From: Phoronis australis | Taxonomy: Eukaryota > Animalia > Phoronida | Assembly: GCA_002633005.1 (NCBI GenBank) | Contig: NMRA01000224.1 | Coordinates: forward strand, 123,988-187,987 | Reading direction: 5' to 3' | Length of the DNA: 64,000 bases | Position numbers and translations under genes: made by a program | In this document: positions 1 through 11,700 of the stretch, piece after piece | Position numbering within the stretch: position 1 is the stretch's first letter | Layout: every line of letters starts with the position of its first letter | Notes under the pieces: generated by a model | Databases searched by the model: none | Seen by the model: the letters and a program-made list of their open reading frames with translations, nothing else | What the model was told of the DNA's origin: nothing

Positions 1-279
1 GTTCAACCCATGACGTTGTACATAATTATTATTTTTTTCAATTTTTGCGTGTTTCTTTATGAGCTGTGCACTAAAGGCACTGAAATCAAGTAAGATATAA
101 TAATAAAATTTATTTTGAGGTACTAGAGTCATGTTGTGTACACTTTAAGGCAGAAACACATGGTCAAACAGTATTCCAATGCTAAAACTGGAAAACTATA
201 AGACTTACGGAGGTGTTAAGCTGAAGATGGGAGTAACATGACCAAGTATGGCAGCACAAGTGTTCCATACATTGCTTAC

Positions 280-3200
280 CTGTACTTGAGCAGTGACTGT
301 TGTCCAGGTCCTGAGAACACCTCACTGTTCACCTGGTCAGTTGTCATGGTAGCCTTATTCTCATGCAGGTAGAGTGCGTAATACACCTGGTAATGTAGCC
401 TACGGACAACCACCAAGAAATTCAATGTTGACATGATGGGTTTATTAGTTTGAACTAAATCTTAATGTTAAAACTGTTTCCAAAACGATGTTTTTCAAAT
501 AGGGGGATCTCTAGGTGGCGCTGAACACCTGTCCATCTTGCGGGATAGTGAATTTCAATATGGCCCCTTGTATTTCAAAAGTCGCCTATTTAAGACTGTG
601 TCTATAAACACCTGTGTCTTTTTAATAACAATAAACAGCCACACAAGGATGTCGCATATTATTGATTACATAACAACCGTCAGTTTGCCTTTACATATAT
701 ATACAACTACTGATGAAGCGCATGGACAACAAATCAACTGGGTGCCAAAAGAAATGTACACAACGTAAAGAAACAGAAGTGGCAGACGGCAGACATTACA
801 GACACAGCTGCAACACACATCTTGCGCCCTTTTAGCATAAAGTTAATTGTATTTTGTGCATATAAAACAAAACATATCAGTCTAAACTTCTAACTTTTAA
901 TACTACTCTATATATCCCATCATTAAGAACATAATAGTGCACCTAACCCCAAATCAAAAAAACTTTACCTATTCCACACAGAGTCTCTCTTCATTTTCTT
1001 GAATGCTAGTAAAAATGTCGCCACACAGTACAGGCACTCTATAACCTCAAAAGCTGTGCAGTCAGACTGGGACAGGTAGTGGATGACAAGCTGTACATCT
1101 CTCACACTCTCGGCAATAATAACGAGAGCTGTTATCACCGACCAAGGGTTTGGCACCTGCAAACAGAAAAACAATGAAACTTTAGGAAGACAAAGTCACT
1201 TTAGACACTTTCCGGTCTTCCCAGAGTTGCTACGGCAAACGTAAAATGAAATTGGACAAAATATCAGTTTCACCTAATTCTGCCATTAGCTAAAAATGAT
1301 TTGCGACTGTGCTAAGATTCTCTGGTTACAGAGTGCCATTTTACCATTCCAACTTTCCATCAAAGACCTGCTAATCCTGATAATGCACTAGAAACATCTG
1401 TTGATAGCTCACAGCACTCACACACCACATCATAGACTGAACTGATTACAGAGTAGCAGTATATCATGCTAACTTTCCAGCTAAGTGTCCCTGCCATTCC
1501 TGATCACGACTAGAGACATCTATTGGAATTGTAGGCCACTTTTATGGTTATCTCTAGCATGGACTGTGTCACCGACTATGAGTTTAACAACTGTGTGCAA
1601 CATTAAAGGCGAATCACAATTCATCTAGACACTGTCTGCACTGATAACCAGAACTATGGGTTTGTAGCCTGAACCCATGCAGTGAGAATAGTCAGTGTTC
1701 ACGAACACAAGTCAAAATACGTCATACACGTACTGGAACCATGCAAAATGAGCCAGTGCTGTCTCCTTAAAACACATTAATTTTGTTCAATTTCATGAGT
1801 TTAGTATTTGCATGACGCCAAGTGCATTGTTCTACAATAGCAACATGATAACGCCCCGTTATTATTGCTGTACTGTGAACATATGACTGTTATTCAACCC
1901 CGCCCAGGAGGACTCGTAGGAATTGATTTCTGTACACTTGAAACATGTACAAGATTAAGACAGGAAATATTTTCAATAGGGAAGATTCGTTTTAATCGAT
2001 GGTTACTAGATGGCGCTGCAAGACTCGACTCTCCTTTGGGCATTTAACAATGGTGTCTAATAGGGAGTACGGTCATTTGCACTGCAATGAGTTGAAGAAA
2101 GAATTAGCGGGAAGAGGAGCGAGAACTTTGTGGTGAAAACGAGAAGGAAAATCCAAAGGTAGTCGACATAATAGACAAGCAGTGATTTTCAAACACATTG
2201 CTCTTCCACATCAGAAAATAATCAAAGACCTTTTCAAAAAAGACGCATTTGTTTGATTTTGAATGCTCATCAAATAAAATGTATAACAAATGCAATGCAA
2301 AAGAGGACGCAGTCTAAAAATACAACCCTGACTTATTACCTCATCTTCTAGAAGATCACTGAACCTTTCGGCAAATAAACCCACGGCCGCGGGGTACTTT
2401 GGGTGTCGTTGTATATAGTCTTGCATGTTATGAGCCGTCACCGGCTTGAAATGGGCCATATACCTGCATGGAGAAGGGATCTAAAAGTGAAGTCCTGGAG
2501 TCGAAACAATAACACAACACAACAATGTACTGGTGCTGAATTAACCAATAGGGCGTTCTCCCGTTGGGTCCAGCTTGTTCAATTGGATACCAAATGAATA
2601 AGTTGGCTGGTTGACTAGTGTAACAAGTATTTTACATGACAGATAAACTCCATTGTGACATTTATGGTTGGAGGACCAGCTCTCTTTTGTTTGATAATTG
2701 CTCATACCTGGATAAGATCTTATCTAGCTTGACAGGGTTGTGCTGTTAGAAATACAAGATAAGTTATTAACTGTTTGAACGTAAACCAATAACAATTTTG
2801 AATTTCTCGTCAAATGCTGATCATGTTTTGTTCTTGCATCACCAAAATAGCTCAACTACAACTGAAATTAAGAGAATCTATTCTGTCCAAAGGCATTACA
2901 GTTTCAGTATCTCTTTGACGCATCATAGACAATTGGTCTGCATGTTATCATACCTGACAATAGACTGAGTAAAAGAGCTCGATGTTATCGGATGTTCACA
3001 ACCAACATAAGTCTTGTAAAGTTATTGAACGGGAGAATGCCGAAATGGTGAATGAAGGCAGAAATAACACATAGGATGTACTGGTGTTGACATAAGAACT
3101 AAGAAACATGAATGGGGCGCTTCAAGATAAAAAATAAAATTTTCCAAAAGTTTCTAAGGTTTCTGCAGTAAATTTTTCCAAAAGTTTCTAAGATTTCTGT

Positions 3201-4716
3201 TGCGTATAGGAACCAAATTAGCAAGAACGTTCACTCCGACTCCACCGATGTCGCTTAAAGCAACATTTTTATAAGACATCTGACCTGATCAGCTGTGGCA
3301 AGAACTGTTGGTAATTGACCAGTCCATGTTGCTGCATGAGCCTCTGCACGGCGTCCAGGTCAGCTCCGCTCCCAGCTTTGACTCGGTGGTATTTCTTCTT
3401 CCACGGAATGAACTGCAACAACAACATCCATTCATGAATTATTGTAGCATGTCAAAAGCTTAAGGTAATGTGACTAAGCAAATGGAAAATACGCACTTAG
3501 ATGCACTTTTGTTGTAATTTTTTTATAGAGAGAGACATCTATTGAGTGAGTTTTCCACACTAGCTGGATCTGGGATGACAAAAGTTTACCTGAGATTCCA
3601 TCTCAAAGTTGACCAATCCCGAAGCATGTAATTTGAAAGATATTTAGTAGATCAATTTTCGAGGAGAGCCTCAAGCTAAGTTTGGTAGTCTCTGAGCCTC
3701 AATTTGGGCCAACAACACATCTCATCGTATTTTGCAGAAGTCGTCTTAAAATATATGTGATGAAAAAATACAAATTGCTTTTCAATACAACTGCACATGG
3801 AAATACATCAATATAAACCATGGGCGATAGATACCTTTTCACTCGACACAACACTTTCCCAGTAGCGACAGACTCTATTAACATTCAAGCACAGATCCAG
3901 ATTAGGAAGGATGCAGAAGATGTTCTCCACTATGTCCAGAGGTAACGCTGCAAACCAATCCACCTTGTCGTTTTTTGGAGCTTGGCCAGTGCCTAGCAGA
4001 CCGTATTTGTCGGAATGTTTTGATTTTAAACCAGTCCTATGGCACAAAGGTTTTCCAGATTTCACAGTGCTTGGTTCGTTTTTAGTCAAGACATTTTGGG
4101 TGGCATCTAAACTGCTTTGTTCTATAAATAACCTGCGATTCGAAGTTTTGCTTGCTGAGGGAAGACACCTGCTCTGACCCTCCTTGTCCAATGCTACAGA
4201 ACTTGGACTATCATCTGAAACATATATGACCTCACTGCCTTCTAGCTTCCTAATTGGTGAGTACAGACATGACGACGACGTTGACTTTGGTGGAGTAGAT
4301 GGAAGCACAAGGTCTTCACCGGTCGCTGATCTTCTGTTGACAACTTTAAAGTAACGTGTCACTTTATTGGTCTGCTCAACATTTTTCTTCCTTTTGCCAA
4401 GAAATCCATTTCCTTTAAAATTATTTGTTTCAGCTGCATGTTGAGATTTGTTATCAAGTCTCTGTTCACCATTGGATGCTGGAAACGGTGACAAGACAGA
4501 ACTAGCAGACACAAACCCCATAGACGGGCCACTGTTTCTACTTGTAGTAGCCATCTTTTTACTTGGCCTAGGATATAAATGCCTGTTCACATCCAACGAA
4601 GACTTCTTGATCGACTCGGGGTTAGTAAGAGCACTTTTGTCCTGGAAGGTTTCTTCGAGTTTCAATTGCCTCTCAAACTTATCAACCTCCACTTTCTTCG
4701 CACATGGTCTTGACAT
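280..4716 (-). CDS. FBH1: F-box DNA helicase 1, 5' portion; gene continues beyond the left edge. Coding exons: 4716-3835, 3412-3285, 2463-2340, 1156-969, 399-280
   Basis: Five GT-AG exons join in phase (0,2,0,2). A disordered N-terminus is followed by an F-box (LPLDIVENIFCILPNLDLCLNVNRVCRYW), then FIPWKKKYHR, NPWSVITALVIIAESVRDVQ, ECLYCVATFL and NRLHYQVYYALYLHEN. These follow the post-F-box region of FBXO18/FBH1 as recalled (FIPWKKLYHR...NRIHYNIFYCLYLQEN). The UvrD helicase part lies outside the window. Confidence 0.9.
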
Positions 4717-4734
4717 TATCCACGTTGGTCAAAA

Positions 4735-5746
4735 CTGTAATAGGACAGTGTGAAAGTATAAAGTTAAGATTGAGACTGACGGGTGGGGCAAGCACTTATG
4801 TGTCTCTGGGAAGTAGGTAAAATCTTGTGAAGTTACTAAGGATACAACTACCCCGCGGACAAGGGAGAGTGTTTTCTATTTATTTTCAACAAAAATAAGC
4901 CAATAAGGACATCAAATGGTTATGTTTTCAAAGTTCTATACCACTGCTTTCAGTTCAGCTGTTCACCAGAAATGTTTTTAGAAACTGTGGGCATTCCCAC
5001 CTTTGAGATAGGCCGAGATTGACATTAGGGCTGGGAAGAATTATTAACTTCTTTCATTGAAGATTTCAACACCTTGGACACTTGAATTTCAAAATTCCTA
5101 GACAAGAAAAACAACCACCCACTCACATTTCATACGAAAGCAATTGATTTAATAGATTTCATTAGACAAATTGAGATTATTTTGGGATGGAGTAAGAGGA
5201 TGCTCCACCATTCCTGTTACGCCAGGAATTAACAGGACCTCATGTTTAGAAGTTAAGTCTTTACTTAACTAAGTTGGGAGTTGAGTTTTGGTTTTATAAC
5301 TTACTCTTCCAACTTAGCAACCACATTAAACTGTTCGGTTAATGTGTAAAGCATGGATCCCGATAGTCCCCTATGCCTGCCCTTTCTCGGTAAATATAGC
5401 TAAAAGCTAATGTCTTGGGTACCAATTCTAGGCAAATGCCATACTCCTCTTGCTTGACGTTGTTCATTCAAAAAACGGACAGTGTTGGGATGGCCCTCTG
5501 GTGGAGTACAAGTGCACTAACAGAGTATGGGTTGTCAAAAATTTAAGACACAAAATCTGTAAATTTTTATAAATAAAACAAAACTTTACAATAAATAGCA
5601 CATAATTGATAATTAATTAGCACAATAACTTCTTATAAACTTAAATTACATCTTATTTTGTCCATTATTGGCTACTATATTTATCTTTACTGAATTGTAA
5701 CACTATATTTTTTCGGAAAATCAAATCTCTTGTAACGACAACAAAG
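4735..5746. promoter_or_regulatory. Divergent FBH1/CEP41 promoter and 5'UTR region
   Basis: The two start codons are ~1 kb apart, head-to-head. An RFX-like motif GTAACGACAAC (5732-5742) sits just before the CEP41 ATG. A possible FBH1 5'UTR donor (minus-strand GTAAGT) is at ~5304. Confidence 0.5.
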
Positions 5747-8700
5747 ATGTCTGCTGTGTCAAGTGCGAAGGGGAAAAGAACAGACGTATGTATTGTAATT
5801 GAGCTGAATTAAAGGAGATATTTCTTACAGTAAATGTACACAGTGGGTTTTGTTTTCAATTTCTAACAAATCATGATTTTTATTACTTTGTAAAATGCGA
5901 CTTATGACTATGTCTCCTTCCCTATCAGGTACCGGTCCGTGAGGACCGCCAACTCAACTGTTAATTATCACCACTTGTAAATGAATAAATCATTTCCTCT
6001 TTAAACAGTGAACAGACTTTAAAGGAAGACTGAAGCATCAGTATTAAAGGGTGTTTCACTTCATATCAAACACAAAACTCAACAAATTTACACAAAACAG
6101 GGTTTCAACAAATCATTAGCAATTGTTCTTTCTAATATCATTCACGGTGTCCAGCTCCAGCGAATTCACAACAAATTCATGGTCAAAGCACAAAAATGCT
6201 CCCAAAAAGGCTATGCGTACTTCCTACTTTGACGGTTCGAGGTCAAGGACAGTACAAAATTATCCGATGAGTTATGAATGGACGGCAACTGCCGGTTCAT
6301 CACCGATGGTTATACGAAATCGTCTGGCTAAGTGTGGAGTTGTCGATGTCGTGACATTCCGTGACAAATCGGCAATTGCCTTACCATCCTTGACCTTGAA
6401 CCGTCAAAGTTGGAAGTATGCTTGGGCTTTTTGGGAACATTTTTGTCAGTGTTCTCCACGACCACTTTTAACGTGTCACAGCGTCCTGTTTGACTGAGCA
6501 CATGTCCTGTTTAAATGTCCCGCATCCTGTTTAAAAATCCAGCATCCTGTTTAAAAATCCTGCGACCAGTTTCAAATTACGCTTGACAGCAACTGGACAT
6601 AGCCCATTGAAACTGAATAAAGGCTAAGGAAGTGGTCAGTTGTGGACAGCCTAATCGCCGGTCCCACTCAAACGGCAGACCGGGCCACTAGTCTATCTAT
6701 GGTGTAATGCGGCGTGTAAATAATCTCTCAATTATCTTTTCAATTCATCTCGAACAACTAGTCAATTTAAACAAATGCCTAGTGCTACCTATACGCCTAA
6801 TCTACTACGCTGCTCACTGGAGGTGCAGTCCGTCACGAAAGTCGCTGATCGTTGCGTTAGGCCTATTCGCTTTTTGTGTTGGGCGGACAACTGATCATAT
6901 TACCCATTGAAAATAACTAAGGCTCGGTGGTTAGTTCTGTGAAGTATATGTTGTCAGCAGAGACACCGTTGCGCAGCAGTTTATGCAACGGCCGTCTTCT
7001 GGGAGGCCAGAATTTTGATTGGTTTTCGTAGCACATTTTTCAATATTCCGTGGGCCCCACGGCACAAACTTTACCGATACCAGTCTCAAAAATATTTGCA
7101 TGAAACTGCTTTTGATGGCTCTCATTGGTAGTTGTTTGTGTATTTCTTACTTAGATGAATATTATTGGTTACTTTTGGTGCCACCGGCCCATTGAGAGTG
7201 ACCGAGTTCATCTCGTTGCCTTGTAAGGAGTTTTGTTGGCAGCATGAACATATTTGTGGTGCATACTCCCTATAAAAATCTGCCAAGCCGTTGGCAAGCT
7301 CAATAGTAGCCGTGCGTGACGTTTGCGGTTTCAGGGGAGTATTCTGGGTGACGTCACTGAGTAAAGTTCAAAATATATGTGTCTCGCGCTGAGAAATTGC
7401 ATCCAAAATCACGTGATCTCATTGAAATCAAGCGGTAATATCTCGCGTAATCTCGCAGTCTTGTTCTCCTAGCTTGGTCCTTACGTTAGTGAATTCTATC
7501 CTGGTTTCCGTTACCGATTGACATGTGCATTCTGCATACTTAGAAATGCCGTCTGCCGCGCGAAAGCGAAGCACCGCTAAACCTAAGGATTATTTTAAAA
7601 ACCGAGAGATGTTTCAGATACTGACGTTGACTCAGATGCAGATACGACAGATAATCCAGGGCCGGACGGTGGTGATATTGCCGGGCTCGGTCAACTAATC
7701 TCAAATATCCGTGTCATGAACGGTGAAGCGAATTTTTGCCGACAACGTCAAACATCGGCAATACATTAATACAAATGAATACAATTCGCTCTAACTTGAG
7801 AATAGATGATTTTCATCTGGAAAAATGTGTTTGTGACAATCCTGAAAATTATGGGAATTCCATAATTGAAAGCGTTTGATAATTTAATTGATATCTTTTT
7901 AGAAATATTGGTTGTCATCAACAGGCCTAACACTCCCGTCCAAGTAGATGGAAAACGCACGTGAATTGTTTTGTTTACCCTGCCTAATTTGCATTCATAA
8001 GGGAGTTTTTACAACAAGAGTTCTGGTTGTGCAGAAGTTTAATGTTATACCAGCTTCAGAACATCGAATTCAGACTGTAAGAATGCTGTGCAAAACATTA
8101 CACTTACATACCGAAGGAAAACATAGACTGCTATCAAGACCTAAAAATGTGACTTTTCAAAGACATTTCACTTGGACTGTCTACTTCATGGGAAAAGTTT
8201 ATTCTTCTGAGTTAGATTTTTTGTACTTAGTTGACATTGACATCACAATTATTGAGTAGCCTAAAACCTCCATACTAGTGTATCAAACACGTCTGTAGAC
8301 TTCCATTTCAAAGTCATTGACTAAGCAAATGGGTTATGATTATGTGAAATGTTTGTAAATAAGGCTAACTTTTACAAATAAAAAGTTGAATAAACACAGT
8401 TATTTGTTTGTACTACTGTGCATTACTATTAAAATGTGTGGGTAAAAATAAGGTGCACAAAAAACTGCACAGTAGCTTATGGAGAACGTTGACCGCCGCA
8501 TGGTTCCGGCACGTTGCAGTTTTTACTGATGCGACCTGTTTAGATTTTCAGATGTGGAGAACACTGTACAAAATTATCTGATGAGTTATGGATGGACGGC
8601 AACTGCCGGTTCATCAAGGATGGTTACGAAATCGTCTGGCTAAGTGTGGAGTTATCGATGTCGTGACATTCCGTGACAAGTCGGCAATTGCCTTACCGTC

Positions 8701-11700
8701 CTTGACGTTGAACCGTCAAAAGTTGGAAGTACGCATGGGCTTTTTGGGAACATTTTTGTGCTTTGACCGTGAATTTGTTGCGAACTTGCTGGAGCAGGAC
8801 ACTGTGAATGGCATTAGAAGTAAGAACAAAGGCTAATGGTTTGTTGAAGCCTTGTTTTGTGTAAATTTATTGAGTTTTGTGTTTGAAATGGACGGCTGAA
8901 GTGAAGCACCTGTAGAATTCCTTGTCCCGAGTGTCATACCTTGTAGTATTATATAGTGTATTGGGGACAATCAGAAGCTGAGGACATCTGTGGGTTCTCC
9001 AAGCTTTTTAAATCTTTCTAAGCGTTACTAACTGATGTGTATTAGTAATTGCAGAGTTGGTCAATTGCCAGGAATTGTGATCTGTAAAGTCTGTCTAGCA
9101 CTGCTCGAGTATAGTGGTCTTGGACTTATTTCAGTAGACAAAAAATTTCATCTACTAAATAATACGGTGGTTATTTAGAGATTGCTTGCCTTTCAAAATC
9201 AGGGACCACTTGTAACAACTACAGCTGGCTGAGCTAGCTACTGTTCGGACCAAGATGGTTGAAATTCCTGAGCACAGTCCGCAAGGCTTTCGGTAGACGA
9301 TATATGTAATTCCACTCCCATACACCCGTCTGTGATGTTAAGATAATCTTGACATTTGTTTTTTGTTTTCGCTCCTTTGATGGGCCAGCTGCCTCAAATG
9401 GGTAGCTGCTGTCCTCTTCATATTTCCTGAAGCACCTGGGAAGCAATAGTTCGATATAACATGCCCCGTATTTTGAGAAGCAGTTTGATTCCCGTTATTC
9501 AGTGGAGAAAACGGGTTCTCAAAATTCGGCATGTTATATTGGACCATTACCACCTGGAGTATATGTACCTAAGTCTCAAGAGCCCGGTCACCCACTGGGC
9601 GAATGAGTCAGAAAATTAAGTCGCACAGCCCAAATTAGGTCGCCCAGTTTTTTAAATAGCGTGCTTTTCAAGATTCTGAAGTCCCATTTTACAATAGCAC
9701 AATCAGTAATCACGCTGTCAAACATTGATTGAAAATCTTTAGTTTATTGGGTAGATTAAGTCACCTATGAGCTAGTCTTAAAAATGTGAGGATTCGTATC
9801 CTAACCAAGCCAAAATATGTTTTTTGTACGCCAAGACCAATACCCTGCAATGCAAACATTACATCTGTTGTGACCAATGCATCACACACGGACCTAAGTT
9901 TTATAACTTCTCGAGTGTTGATGGCAGGCGCGGTGTATATATGCGGCTGCTCCTTGATCTCGTGGTTGAAAAAAGTTGCACAAGCTCTTTCTTCACTCAA
10001 ACACTGATGCTGTGGGAAAGTACATTCAAGACTCCCTGGTTTTGTTTAGAGTTTATGATCCATGAAATAGGGAAAAGCGCCCTAGCACTAATCTGGACGC
10101 CCTGGCAAGGACGCCCAATGTATCATTTGGATGCCCATTGTCAATAGGAAGAAATAGGAAGAAATATACAATGCATAAACAAAGTATATGCATTGTTGCT
10201 ATTTTGACACTTGATTGACAGCATTGTAAAAGTCTTGGTCTACATTTTTTAGTAAAAATGCTCACCATAGAAGACTGTTTTACAAAGTAACTTAGATGTA
10301 AAAACCTTGATCTATGCATTTTTTTGTAAAAAAATCTGTGTGTTTGGGGGTATTGCTGGGGGTGGGGGGTTACGCGTCGGAATCATGGACGCCCTGGAAT
10401 ATTGGAAACCCCATTTTGGACACCCTATTTTCAAAATCCTGGATAAAGGCCTGGTTCTGACCTTGAAAGTAATGATTGTCGTTCAATGATAAAGTGATGT
10501 AACAAAAACTTGTGCTTCAGCTCACATTTAATTCCTTTCACACTTCCATATTTTAAATCTACCTGAGTTTCATACATTGGAAGTGGTCGTGCTCATACAG
10601 ATATCTACCTGAGTTTCATACATTGGAAGTGGTCATGCTCATACAGATTCACTAAATACAGTGAACCATTTGCCTTTTCCCTTTATTTTTGATTTTTAAT
10701 GTATTTTGCAGCCCATGTCTAAGAGAATTCCCCAAAACCCCAAGTATAAGGATGTACTGCCAACCATAGACACAGGTAATGTGACCTACATCTCAATAAT
10801 GTCATGTTCACAATTTGTGATTAAAGATGTTATGAATTAGTCTTTTGGTATGATTAACGGGTCTCTACTTTTGTTTTGAGGGCTTGGGAAGGCTAACAGT
10901 TTGTTATTACTTGACACCATGGTCTGAACGCGAACTGACCCGCCTGGTCAAGCCAACTTTTGACCCTACGGTAGTTTCTGCTAGCAACGATGTGTCAATA
11001 CAAGAATCGCTTCTAATCTGAATACTTTCCTACTTCACAAGTTTTTTTTATCAGCAGAAATTTCATAGTTTATTTACTTTAATTAAACGTCTTTGAGAAG
11101 CATTGTAAGATTTAAAAATGAATTGAAAGTTTTTAAATCACATATCTATTTCTTAGATTTTCCTTATTTTTGTGAATTCTATATTTTTATGGATTCTAAT
11201 TTTTATATTCTGTGTTCTGCTCTTGATTTTAAGTGAAGTGGCTTATCATTTTAACTCTTCTTACTTTTGGTTAAGGTGCAAGTATGTCCAAATACATGAA
11301 GAAAATTGAAGATCTCAGACTGAGTAAGTTTTACGTGTTTGATGATTAAAATAGGACTTCACTGTTTCGCTGTAGCAACCTCTTATGATTAGGCGAATGT
11401 GCATTCTTTGTTTTTGAATCACTTATCTAGTATCCCCATCTATTATGTAATTATCTGAGTGCTATAATCTCAGAGGAAAGTGTAATTGACACATTCTTGT
11501 GCAGAAATGGTTACAAGTGAATGGAAATTTGATTATCATGTCAAACCATTAGTGGAAAACAACAGGCATGTCTGATTTTGAATCTTATGTTAGGAATTCC
11601 CATGTTTTTAGATTGACCTCCAGACAGTTTAGAAGCAATTGAATTGTAAACTTACATTTGTACGGCTTCAGCAAGACACTGGTGCTTTTAGTACTTGCAA

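Noticed and set aside
7546-7590. [14 protein letters not shown] as CEP41 exon 1 with a non-canonical GA donor
   Set aside because: It lies inside a TIR-bounded element, and a canonical phase-0 exon with a GTATGT donor exists at 5747-5785.
6048-8911. Invertible promoter cassette between FBH1 and CEP41
   Set aside because: The inverted repeats are MITE TIRs, no recombinase is present, and the likely host promoter lies outside them.
9580-10455. Another hAT-like element with GGACGCCCT/GGGCGA subterminal repeats
   Set aside because: Probably a real remnant, but matching TIRs and a TSD could not be defined.
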